DNA from: Macrostomum lignano
Lineage: Eukaryota
DNA: 64,000 nt
Assembly (NCBI GenBank): GCA_002269645.1
Contig: NIVC01000093.1
Span: 496,001 to 560,000 of the forward strand
Direction: 5' to 3'
Part shown: positions 1 through 10,155 of the stretch, in pieces
Layout: each line of letters starts with the position of its first letter
Numbering within the stretch: position 1 is the stretch's first letter
The notes under the pieces: model-generated
What the model saw: only the letters and a program-made list of their open reading frames with translations
Told to the model about the DNA's origin: nothing
Database searches by the model: none
Made by a program: the position numbers and the translations under genes

Positions 1-273
1 ATACGCCAGTCGATCCTGATTGTTATCTTCATCGATTTCAAGAAGGCATTCGACTCGGTTGTCAGGTCTGTGCTTCCTAAGGTGCTCCGTGCATATAACG
101 TGCCAGAGCAGCTGATTTCCGCCATCATGGCGATGTACCGTGATACGAAAGTTGCTGCTTCAACACCAGAAGGCCTATCGGACTACTTTGAGACATCCTC
201 CGGGGGCGTTCAATCGCGACCTGGCCTTAAGGCGCGCCCTGTGACGCTAACTGCGTATTCTGTTGTTGTTGTT
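1..273 (+). mobile_element. Internally deleted RTE-type LINE fragment (RT segment fused to 3' end and (GTT)n tail), truncated by the window edge
   Basis: Frame 1 reads IRQSILIVIFIDFKKAFDSVVRSVLPKVLRAYNVPEQLISAIMAMYRDTK..ETSSG, containing the RT FIDFKKAFDSV motif. It then jumps to cctggccttaaggcgcgccctgtgacgcta plus tgttgttgttgtt (261-273), which matches the 3' end of the minus-strand LINE at about 1095-1160. Confidence 0.85.
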
Positions 274-295
274 ATTTTTGTCGTTAACATCCGAT

Positions 296-425
296 ATGGC
301 TCAAAGGTGGAATTTTTGAGATTCAAGGGGAATCGTTAAGATCCAATATGGCTCCGATATAGCTGAGATTCCATGGCTCAAGACTGGATTGCTGAGATTC
401 ATGGCTGAAGGCGGAATTGCTGATT
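296..425. repeat. Degenerate ~29-30 bp tandem units (gctgagattccatggctc...) related to the arrays at 38170 and 58040
   Basis: gctgagattccatggctca and gctgagattcatggctga recur and match the GCTGAGATGCCATGGCTCA core of the 30-bp array. Confidence 0.5.
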
Positions 426-587
426 CGTATTTGTAACTAGCATTTCTTTGTCCATGCTTATAATATCTTTACTTATCAGCAGGGGCGTCGCCACAGATTT
501 TATGATGGGGGGGGGCAAAGCCAAGAATTCTACATGTACATGCTTAAATTCCTAAATGTACATCATTTTTAGAATCGCTATTGTCAG

Positions 588-1055
588 CGCTCATTTTGGC
601 GCCGCAGGCACGCATAGCGCCGCAGGCACTCATTTTGGCGCCGCAGGCACGCATAGCGCCGCAGGCACTCATTTTGGCGCCGCAGGCACGCATAGCGCCG
701 CAGGCACTCATTTTGGCGCCGCAGGCACGCATAGCGCCGCAGGCACTCATTTTGGCGCCGCAGGCACGCATAGCGCCGCAGGCACTCATTTTGGCGCCGC
801 AGGCACTCATTTTGGCGCCGCAGGGACTCATTTTGGCGCCGCAGGCATGCATAGCGTCGCAGGCACTCATTTTGGCGCCGCAGGGACTCATTTTAGCGAC
901 GCAGGCACTCATTTTGGCGCCGCAGGCACTTATTTTGGCGCCGCAGGCACTCATTTTAGCGCTGCAGGCACCATTTTAGCGCCGCAGGCACTCATTTTAG
1001 CGCCGCAGACACTCATTTTGGCGCCGCAGGCACTTATTTTGGCGCCGCAGGCACT
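588..1055. repeat. Minisatellite of 21-bp and 18-bp subunits (39-bp dimer) inside the DNA element
   Basis: gcgccgcaggcactcattttg alternates with gcgccgcaggcacgcata. It generates the repetitive ORFs 544..954, 556..1095 and 581..979. Confidence 0.95.
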
Positions 1056-2221
1056 ATTTTTCGTTGCCCTGCAGCAAAATTATTTATTTTCATAACAAAA
1101 ACAACAACAAAATACACTGGATAGTCTCTAGTGTCACAGGGCGCGTCTCAAGGCCAGGGTGCGAACATAGACCGCTCCGCCGGCAGAGTCCGAGGCGCCG
1201 GCGTCAGCCAGCAGGCAGTCGACGAAACGCCGAGTGCGCGCCTGTCCTCACCGGTAGGGTGCCTGCAGCATGAGCAGCAGCATCTCCTGCACCGGCTGTG
1301 GGCAGTACGACTCGGCGCGGATGATATGACCTGCCAGCTGGAGTCGCCGACGGCGCAGCAGGTCACTTGGACGGGCCAGGCCGGCGCGGCGATAGAGTGC
1401 CGCGTTGGTGACTCGCTCATCGCCGATCTTGAAGGCGGCGCGCAGCAGACTTGATGTTTGAACGAGTCTGTCAGCGTCCAGGTCTCGGCGTTGTAAAGCA
1501 GGACGGTTTCGACTAGCGCCTGGAACAATGCCGCCCTCTGGCGGTCCGGAAGGGCCTCGGACTGCAGGACCGCCCTCACAGAGCGGAAGGCAGCCCAGGC
1601 AAGCCCGCGGCGACGACGCAGATCCTCGGGAGCGTCTGGAACCAGACCGCCGAGGTAGACGAACTGCTGACATCGCGGAAGTTCCGTTGCCTGTCCGTCA
1701 GCGCCTCGGCATAGGATAGCAGCCTCGATGTCGTCCGGCACCCACAGCACGACGGTCTTCTGCGCGTTGATCATCAGGCCGACACTCGCCGCAACAGCAA
1801 CCAGTCGATCAAGCTGTCGCTGGGCGCCCTCAACGGTAGAGGACAGCAGGGCGAGATCGTCGGCGTAACCAAGCACGCAGAGCCGCCTCTCCGGTTGACG
1901 TCGACCCACGCGTCGCCGCAGCAGGAAGCCATCGTCGTTGGAGGGAAGTGCAGTCCGTAGCACCCAGTCAAGCGCCAGCACGAACAAGAACGGCGCTAGC
2001 GTATCTCCTTGAAGAACTCCCGAGGAGGTCTCGAAGAAATCCGATAGGCCGTCCGGCGTTGTCACAGCAGCTTTCGTGTCGCGGTACATCGCCATGATGG
2101 CGGAAACCAGCTGCTCTGGCACGTTGGACAGCTGGGCGATCTTCACAACGTCGGCTGTGCTGACTGGGGGTACACTGAAACTCTCCTCTGCCGGCAACGG
2201 CGTCTCTGGCGGCAGCGTCAG

Positions 2222-2467
2222 TGTAGTGACTTGGCTTGTGTTGTGTGGGGTGCTGGGGGTTGCTGCGTACACTTTACCATCGTGCTCTTTAACTCTCTCC
2301 TTCGCTTGTTCTTTTGTGCGTACGTGCACGTGACTAATATGTCTATTTTACAGTCCCCAAATTATTGATCGGTTAAAATACTATTTCGTCAAATACATAT
2401 ATGAATGATTCTATCATGCTATCGCATAAGCATCTTTCTGCCACGCAAACTAAGTGAAGTCTTTACA
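2222..2467. mobile_element. 246-bp solo-LTR-like insertion (TGTA...TACA) with 5-bp TSD
   Basis: It starts tgtagtg (2222) and ends ctttaca (2467), flanked by gtcag at 2217-2221 and 2468-2472. Removing it restores the LINE reading PDNLTLPPETP. Confidence 0.8.
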
Positions 2468-3975
2468 GTCAGGTTATCCGGCAGCAGGGGTGGCGGCGCG
2501 TTGAAGATGGCAGCGAAAAACTCACGCAGCTCATTTCTGCGCTCGTCCCAGTGTCGCCTGCCAGGTTTAGTTCCAAGCGCCGTTTTCGTCCCGTCAGAGC
2601 ATTGATGGCAGACCAGGCCACACGCCCTCTGGCATCGGGCCCAGCAGCAGACACAGCCTGAATAGCGTCGCCGACAGCGGCCTGCTGGCGCTTGAGATAG
2701 ATAACCGCCAGTACATTCTCTGCTTCGCGGGTTGGCTGTCTGCTCAGACGGAGCCTCTTCAACTCCTCCTTCGCTTGCCGAATCTCGGGGTAGTCCTGCC
2801 AGACCGGCTGCCCGCGCTGGGCCGGTTGCATCAGCGGGACTGCTTGCTCTGCGGCGGCCCGAACTGCAGCGCACACATCCGCGTACTCGGCACCTCCATG
2901 CTTGCCGCCAAGCGCAGTGATGAAAGCGCTGGCAAAGCGGCGATGCGTGTTGGCGTCCCTGAGCGCGCGGTAGTAGCGCCGCGGTGGCCGCTTCGGCGGA
3001 CGGTAGAGCTGATCGCGAAGTCGAAGGTCGCATATAAGCAGACGGTGATCGGACCGCAGAGCCAGCGGCGTGATGGCGCGGCAGTTGACGGCGCGACGGC
3101 GCTCACGAAAGCGCAATAGCACGTGGTCGAGCTTTGCCTGTCTGCGTGTTGCGTTCCGCCTGCGCGCGTTCCGCCGCCTCCTCTTGCAGCCCACGAAAGT
3201 TGCGAGCCCGCCCGATGAATTGCGGAAGCGGGTGTTGGCCGATACCATGTCCTGCCTCTCCAGGAAGTCCTTCAGCGCTCCGGTGTTGCCGTTCTCGCGC
3301 GGTGTCACGAACATCGACCGCTCGGACCTACGCAGGACAGCGTTCAGGTCTCCGAGAACAGCCACTGTGTCACGCTGCGCTATAGCCTCCACCTGCACCG
3401 AAAGCTGCTCAAAGAAGGTCTGAGCCTCATCAGGGCGGGTGGCAGGGGGCGCGTACGCGCAGAACAGGCGAGCGTTCCGGCCGCGAAGCCGGACGTCGAC
3501 CCGAAGCAGCCGAGGGGACAGGGAGATGCAGCGACAGCTCTGCTGCAGCCTCGGCCCGATCAGCGCTCCAACTCCTCCACGACCTCGTTCGTCCGCCGAT
3601 GTGTAGTGAAGCGTCCACCCGGCGCCCAAGTCCTCACATTGAAGTCCCGGGTCGGCCTTGATGGACACCTCCTGCAGAGCATAGACGTCACAGCTGAGGT
3701 CGAGCGCTAGCTTTTCCAGCAGCCCTCGTTGCCAGGCGGCCTTGAGAGTGCGGCAGTTCAGCGTCCCGACTCGAAGCGTGCCCTGTAGTACGGCTGGGGC
3801 TCGATGCTGTTGAGCCTCACGGTCCCCGGCGCCACCCGGAAGATCCGTCTGGACCAATGCAGAAGCAGCTCGGCGGGCGGCTCCACGCCGTCGGCCTCGC
3901 CGGTTTCGCTCACGTCGGCGCTAAACACGCCGGCGTTTGCTCCGCTGCCCTCGCTTGGTCCTGCCGCTGTTGGTC

Positions 3976-4038
3976 GCCGCAGCAGTTAAGCGCGGCTCTC
4001 CGCCCAGACCACTTGGAGGTCGCGGCATTTATCTGCAC
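3976..4038 (-). ncRNA. Candidate HDV-like (nested double pseudoknot) self-cleaving ribozyme at the RTE 5' end
   Basis: Minus-strand RNA: P1 GUGCAG / J1/2 AUAAAU / P2 GCCGCG / P3 ACC / L3 UCCAAGU / P3' GGU / P1' CUGGGC / P1.1 GG / P4 GAGC-CGC-GCUU / AA C UGC / P2' UGCGGC. There are two deviations: a G-G mismatch in P1, and C instead of the conserved A before P2'. Confidence 0.45.
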
Positions 4039-4871
4039 CAAGGTGCAAATAAATTAGGACTGCAAATAAATTTGGACCATGAGCGGGTCACAAAGTGTCG
4101 TGGGGGACAAGGCATTGGCATGCCCCTCCCATATCTTTTACTGGGGGGGGCATGTCCCCCTGTCCCCCCCCCCCCCTCGGTGGCGCCGCTCCTGCTTATC
4201 AGATTTTATATCGTTTGCATTACTATGTGTTAGACTTTGAAGAAAGCGCTGTAGAGCTCTCTGTTAAACAGGTGATGCATTGCGTAATTTTCTTAAACAA
4301 TATGAATGGGAATATTCTGATAATGTTCGTTAGATTTCCATTGCCTGCTCCTTCCGCGAAGGCGTATTCAGCATGCCAGTGAAGTATGAGACAGACTAGG
4401 CCCATGGGCTAAGGTCTGCGATGCTTCACGCCTGCCCCTATCTTCAGCAGGTCAAGGCTGGTGGGAGGTCTGCACCCTCTATTTGCCTCTGGCAGCCGCA
4501 GACCCCCCCCCCCACGCTGTCTCGCAAGTCGACCCAGGGTACTCGTCCCCGCGTGTGTTCAAGGCAGTCCCTAGGGCTGCTGGACAGACTGGGCTCCGGC
4601 GCTGGCGACCCTATCCAGTGGCTTCGGCCGAATTTGGGTATGCGGGTCTGGCTCGCCAACCTGCAGGCCGTGGTACTGCTCAACGTACTCTCTAATGCCT
4701 AAGGTGTTGACCGTGCCGATGGGCTGGAAGGCCGGGGAGTAGTCCGGTCGCAAGCGGTCCCCCTCCTGGTGTCGGGCCAGCCTTGAGGGTGCTATTGGCC
4801 TACTGCCCGGTCAGGTGGAGCGGCCGGGTGGGTACCGCGCCCCTTTGAGGGTAGCCCACCAACCTTTTATC

Positions 4872-6392
4872 ATGGCCTTCGAGCCGACTATGGATAAACA
4901 AGCTATTTCTAGGGACGGGGACCCTTCTAAACCCCAACCTCAGTCCGAAGGACCGGCCGGCCCTGCTGGCAGATCCCAACCGACTGATTCAACTGTGGCA
5001 AAGGAAGGACCGGCTGGCTCTGCTGGCAGATCCGACCAGAGCTACCAAACTCAAAATACCCTAAGACCTGCCAGCTCCGCTGGTGGATCTAAGGGAACCG
5101 CGAGCTCTGAGCCTAAAGGACCGGCCAAATCTGGCAGATCCGATGAAGCTCAGCGGGCTCGGCTTGAGCGCAAACGCGCTAAACAACGCGCCAAAAGGCA
5201 GGCCAAGAAGGGAGCTGCGGGGGCCAAAGCGGCGGCGTCCACCATGGATGCTGAAGCGACTGGAGTCCCAAGGCAACCAGGCGGGCCGGCCGGTGGAAGC
5301 TCCAGTAGTTCAGCGGCGGCGCTCCCTGGAGCTGCTGCCGCGGCTGCTGAGGCCGAAACCACGGCGCAACAAATGGCCACTGCCAACAAGGAGGTTCCTT
5401 CGGGAGCTACCTTTGCGGCGAAGGCCAAGGCCAAAATCCCGGGAGTGATCATCCAAGGTCGCGACCAGGACTGGACCACTGATCAGCTTCAAAAAGTGTG
5501 GAGTGCTGTTGACTCCTATCTGATTGAGCTGACTGTCGAGGAGGGAATCTCCATCGGCGTTGAGCGGATGGTGCTGCGAAGCACATTCGTTCTTATTGCT
5601 CCTAGCAGCGAGGAGGACGCTCGGCGGCTGCTCCAGCGGCTACCGACGGTCTCCTTGGATGCTGACCTTGGTGGAGCTCTTTTTCTTCGCGAGGGCCAGC
5701 GTCCAAAGACGATACCCTATGTGGTTTTCGTCCCTGCTAAGAGCACCGCAGCTGGACCAGACGTTATTCGCCGGGTCCTACTGCGTCTGAACCCCGACCT
5801 CCCTGCTAGTGGACTGGTGTATCACCGCAAAGTCCGCAGGGGGGAGACGGGCAACTCAATTGTCCTCGGCCTTTCCAGCACTTGGGCGAGTCGGTACCCT
5901 AATGGATCCTCTTTCCAGCTGGGTGCCCTCAAGCTCAAGTTGCGCCGAGGAAAGTCTGCCAAAGGGAAGGCTACTGCCAACCCCGGCATCTCCGGCAAGA
6001 GCGGGGCGCAGTCTAAGGCCCAAGGAAAGGCGCAAGCCGATCCCAAAGCCAAAGCTGCATCTCGCCCCTCTGCTAGCAGCAGTTCGGCGACCGCGGTAAC
6101 GGCTCCGGCCGAGCCCCGGGAACCAAACCTGCCAGTCGGAGAAGGAGTTGAGGACGAGGCCGGGTCTTCGGAATCCGAGCTCTCCTCGGCCACCTTGGTG
6201 GGGTCTGAAGGTAAAGATGCAGGTGAGGAAGCTTCCTCCATCCTGTCATCGGAGCCTGAGGACTCTGCTGGGGGGCCGGTGGGGGTGAGGAGGCCATGGA
6301 CGTCGACCAACTCCCATCTCCCAGTCAAGCCCCAGCGGCCTGGGACGAGGACGATCTGTTGTCCAAGTCTCCTTGATGGCCCTGGGCTCTAG
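4872..6392 (+). CDS. LINE copy A ORF1 (gag-like nucleic-acid-binding protein without CCHC knuckles)
   Basis: ATG at 4872, with a basic/low-complexity N-terminus containing EGPAG(P/S)AGRS repeats. The central domain (IPGVIIQG..VWSAVD..LVYHRKVR..IVLGL..W) aligns with copy B ORF1. A probable frameshift in the G-run near 6270-6287 is suggested because the alternative frame ends MDVDQ..DEDDLLSKSP*, resembling the end of copy B ORF1. Confidence 0.75.
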   Translation: MAFEPTMDKQAISRDGDPSKPQPQSEGPAGPAGRSQPTDSTVAKEGPAGSAGRSDQSYQTQNTLRPASSAGGSKGTASSEPKGPAKSGRSDEAQRARLERKRAKQRAKRQAKKGAAGAKAAASTMDAEATGVPRQPGGPAGGSSSSSAAALPGAAAAAAEAETTAQQMATANKEVPSGATFAAKAKAKIPGVIIQGRDQDWTTDQLQKVWSAVDSYLIELTVEEGISIGVERMVLRSTFVLIAPSSEEDARRLLQRLPTVSLDADLGGALFLREGQRPKTIPYVVFVPAKSTAAGPDVIRRVLLRLNPDLPASGLVYHRKVRRGETGNSIVLGLSSTWASRYPNGSSFQLGALKLKLRRGKSAKGKATANPGISGKSGAQSKAQGKAQADPKAKAASRPSASSSSATAVTAPAEPREPNLPVGEGVEDEAGSSESELSSATLVGSEGKDAGEEASSILSSEPEDSAGGPVGVRRPWTSTNSHLPVKPQRPGTRTICCPSLLDGPGL

Positions 6393-6415
6393 CCAGATAT
6401 TGCATTTAATACAGT

Positions 6416-9400
6416 ATGACTAAGCTCCACGCTGCCAAAGGAGCGACATTCTGTCTGCAAATAAATTTACAGCATTGCGTATCTGCGTCAGTAAATCTGA
6501 TGAAGATTGCTGAGCTGTACAGGCCAGGCCTCATCCTGATCCAGGAACCCTGGATGCGCAACGGTAAGTTGCCCAACATTCCCTCTGGCTACTCTGATTT
6601 TTATGTGTGTGGCCCGGGGAACAGCCGCCCTAGAGCGGCTATCCTCGCTGCTAGCCATCTCCAGGCTTGGCTGAGGACTGATCTCTCTGATGGAGACCTT
6701 TGCGTCATCCAATCTAATCATTTCTCTCCGCGTACGTGTCTTGTTGCCTCGGTTTATATCCCAGGCGACAGAGACCCTGCTCCGAGAGTTTACTGCGCCT
6801 TGCGCAGTACTGCGAGTCCCAGAACGCTGAGCTGTGCTTAGGGGGCGACCTCAACGCGCACCACAAGCACTGGGGCAGCAAAGATACCAACACTAGAGGA
6901 GAGGAGCTTCTGGCCCTCATCTCTAACACAAACCTCATGCTCTGCAACCGCGGCAGCACTCCTACCTTTAATAATGGCAGATGGACCGAGGTCCTCGACG
7001 CCACACTCGTTACCCCAAGACTCTTTGACAGAGTCAAGGAGTGGAGAGTCTGGTCTGAGGAGCCCTCCCTGTCTGACCACTGCTTTATCGCCTTTAATAT
7101 CGCGGACACTAAAACCCAGTCTCCGATCACTTGGAGACGCAATATCCGCAACACTGATTGGGCGGCCTACAAGGCTGCCCTTGATCTGCACCTGCAGGAA
7201 CTCACGGACTTACGTCCGATTGAGACCTGCGAGGATGTGGATCATATGGCTGAGACGCTGACAGGTTGCATTATTGCAGCCTACGAAGCGGCTTGTCCTG
7301 CTCGCGCCTACAGAGGCAAGACCTCGGCGCCGTGGTGGAACCCGGAGCTGGGGAAACTCAGGCGGAAGGCCAAAAGCCTTCATCGCCGTGCCATGAAGAC
7401 CGGAAACCCGGAGGACATGGAGCTTTTCCGGCAAGCCTCCCGCAATTTCAAATCTGAAGTGCGCAAGGCCAAGGAATGTAAGTGGCGCCAATTCTGCAAT
7501 GAATTGGATCAAGACAGACCTACTTCTAGGCTTGTCAAGGCCCTTACAATGGACAAAATGTCCAAATTAGCCATGATCAAAAAAGATGATGGCTCTCTTA
7601 CTAAAGACCCTGAAGAAGTGCTTCAGCATATGCTTAGCACATTCTTCCCGAGGGTACCTACTGCTAGACCGGAGCCCAACCATTCGATGGATGGAGCCAC
7701 CCTAGCGGCGGGCATTGTCACTGAAGACCTAATCGCTCGTGCGGTCAGAACCTTCAAACCCTTCAAATCTCCTGGACCTGATGGTATCTACCCTGTTCTC
7801 CTTCGTGAAGCAGCCAAGATACCCTCGTTCCTGAGACTCACCCGCAATCTTATGCGGGCCTCTATCCAGCTGGGATACGTTCCCAAAAGCTGGACTGAAG
7901 CTCGAGTAGTCTTTATTCCCAAACCTGGGAAGGGTGACTACCAAAGCGTCAAGGCCTTCCGGCCAATTAGCTTAACGTCAGCAATGCTTAAGCTCACTGA
8001 GAGGCTTATTCTCTGGCGGCTGCTCTCCTGCGAGCTGACAGCGATGCCCCTCAGCAATAATCAGCACGCCTTCCGTACCGGGAGGTCGACTGACAGCGCC
8101 CTGCATGCGATTGTCGAAAAGATTGAACGGGCGGTACTGGGTGACGGTTACGCCCTGGCTCTCTTTCTTGACATTGTTGGCGCCTTCGACAACGTTATCT
8201 TTGAAGCGTTTCAGAGGGCCCTTCAAAATCGCAAAGCTCATGCTACCCTCATACGGTGGATCATGTACATGATCTCCAACCGTACGGTCACTGCCCAACT
8301 TCTTGGGCAAACTGCCTCCACCAGAGTCTGTAAGGGTGGACCCCAAGGCGGAGTCCTCACCCCGACGCTCTGGAACCTGGTCATGGACGCTCTTCTGAGT
8401 GACTCCCGACCTGACCCCGTCTTCAAAGTCGGGTATGCTGATGACGTCACGGCCATTGTGGCAGGACCGTCTCCCAGCACGCTCAGGGATCTGATGCAGA
8501 GCTTTATCCGCAAAGCAGAATCCTGGGCCAATGACAATGGTTTGGAACTCTCTGAGCCCAAAACCGTTGCCATTATGTTTACCAGCAGACTACGCTGGAA
8601 CATACGTCCTCTGCAGCTCTACGGCAGAGATATTGCCTTCGCGCACCAGACCAGATGTCTCGGGGTCACACTTGACCACCGGCTCAACTGGTCCTTCCAC
8701 GTGAAAGCAAAAGCTAAGCGTGCCTCAGCCATCCTGGCCCAGCTCCGACGAGCACTTGGCACTTCTTGGGGTCTATCCCCAAAGCGGCTTTGGTGGATCT
8801 ATACTTCCGTAGTTAGACCTGCCATTACGTACGCCTCTGTTGTCTGGGTTAGCGCTACCCAGGTCAAAAGCCATGCAGACCTGCTCAACACGATCCAAGG
8901 CAGAGCGTGTAGGCTCATCTGCAACGCCACCAGGTCCACGCCCTTTGCTGGCATGGGGGCCTTTCTTAATCTTCCGCCTCTTGACCTCTTCATCAGGGGT
9001 GAGGCGGCTAGAACGACGCGGCGTCTAATTGATGCCGGCGTCAAATTCATTTACATGAGAGCACCTGCTAAGCGGAACCTTGTCCCGCATAGCGATCTGT
9101 GCCTCAACTTTCTCAACGAGTGTCAGGCCAATCGCGTCTTCACCGATGGCATTGCCTCAACGCTCAACCTGAGACAGCGCTACTCCGTAGCTATCGACTC
9201 GCGCGATAACATCAATGACCATTGGAACCCTGGTGAGCTTCATTGCTACACCGACGGTTCTAAGCAGTCAGCCAACACCGGCTTTGGTGTTGGAATCTTT
9301 CTGAACGGGAGGGTCATCGCTACCCACGCTCAATACACTGGGGTCAACTCCAGTGTTTTCCAAAATGAAGTTCTGGCCATCAGCTCCTGCACTGCAGAGC

Positions 9401-10155
9401 TTCTCGCCACTGGCGTTACTGGTAAGAACATCATTTTCCATTCGGACAGCCAAGCTGCCTTGCACGCCATCAGTGGCTGCAGCACCAACTCTGCTACAGT
9501 CCTTGACTGTATCAAACTCCTCAATGTGTTGGGTTCCGCCAACAAAATTACCCTTAAGTGGGTTCCGGGGCATGTGGGGATCCGAGGAAATGAGTTGGCT
9601 GACACCCTTGCAAAAGTTGGTGCCTCCGGCTCCTCTCTCGGCCCCGAACCTCTTGTCCCGATTCCTGGCTGTGTCATCGACTCGCGCATCAAAGCGTGGA
9701 TCAGGACTCAGCACCGCTCGACTTGGGCGAACCGCACGAACTGCAGGCAATCCAGAGGCGCTGTCCCTCAGCCCTCTCACCAGCTCCGGAAGCTCCTCTT
9801 GCGCCTCTCGCGCAGAGACATCCGGGCTGCCACCATGACCCTCTCTGGTCACGGCTGCTTCTCCAGGCACCAGTACCTGCAGGGCAACGCCACCAACGCC
9901 ACCTGTAGTTTCTGCAACTCAGGTGACGAAACCGCTGAGCATTTCGTCAGCATCTGTCCCGCCTTCACGCGGGCCAGACTCACTTACCTCGGGCCACACA
10001 CATCTATTACTGAAGCGTGCAAACCCGAAAACTTTAATCAGCTCATGCGCTACCTTCGGGCCACCCGCAGGGCTGAACTCTCCTTTCCAGAGAGCACCAT
10101 AGCTGCTGGCGACACTGGGGGACCTCCCTGGGCGGCGCCAACCCTCCGTCCATAG
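6416..10155 (+). pseudogene. LINE copy A ORF2: APE endonuclease - reverse transcriptase - RNase H - CCHC, one frameshift
   Basis: ORFs 6416..6841 and 6736..10155 join through a 1-nt deletion near 6782 (DRDPAP|ESLLRLAQY..GGDLNAHH). RT motifs KSPGPDG, FRPISLTS, FLDIVGAFD, PQGGVLTP and GYADD are present. Confidence 0.9.

Larger units (their letters stand above)
1095..4038 (-). mobile_element. RTE-clade non-LTR retrotransposon (APE endonuclease + RT), disabled
   Basis: ORF 3857..2469 has APE motifs (LRVGTLNCRTL, ALQEV, GDLNA, LDHVL, SDHRLL). ORF 2329..1148 has RT motifs VLQGDTLAPFLF and LGYADDLALL. There are frameshifts near 2545 and 1460, an internal deletion removing the FIDFKKAFDS region (KIAQL joined to SNVPEQ near 2130), and a (GTT)n-like tail at about 1095-1112. 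Confidence 0.9.
480..4194. mobile_element. Non-autonomous DNA transposon (hAT-like, 8-bp TSD) expanded by nested insertions
   Basis: Left TIR caggggcgtcgccac (480-494). Right TIR gtggcgccgctcctg ends at 4194 (reverse complement caggagcggcgccac, 13/15 match). The exact 8-bp TSD cttatcag lies at 472-479 and 4195-4202. An 8-bp TSD with CAG termini is typical of hAT, but no transposase is present. Confidence 0.8.

Noticed and set aside
3885-3925. gccgacgtgagcgaaaccggc (minus strand) as a hammerhead core
   Set aside because: It lacks CUGANGA and has no stem II between GAG and GAAAC.
4729-4758. Resemblance of ccggggagtagtccggtcgcaag to the SSU rRNA GGGGAGUA..GGYCGCAAG helix
   Set aside because: The match is short and gapped, has no flanking rRNA similarity, and copy B changes gcaag to gctag.
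4378-4760. HDV-like or hammerhead ribozyme in the shared LINE leader
   Set aside because: GAAGUAU/AUGCUUC looks like a P1, but it closes a simple hairpin with no P3/L3(UCC)/P1.1 arrangement, and there is no CUGANGA..GAAA core. A novel fold is not excluded.
5061-9908. Antisense and alternate-frame ORFs overlapping the LINE ORFs (also 18812-24100 and 1064-3618)
   Set aside because: These are expected shadows of GC-rich retroelement coding sequence, with no independent motifs.
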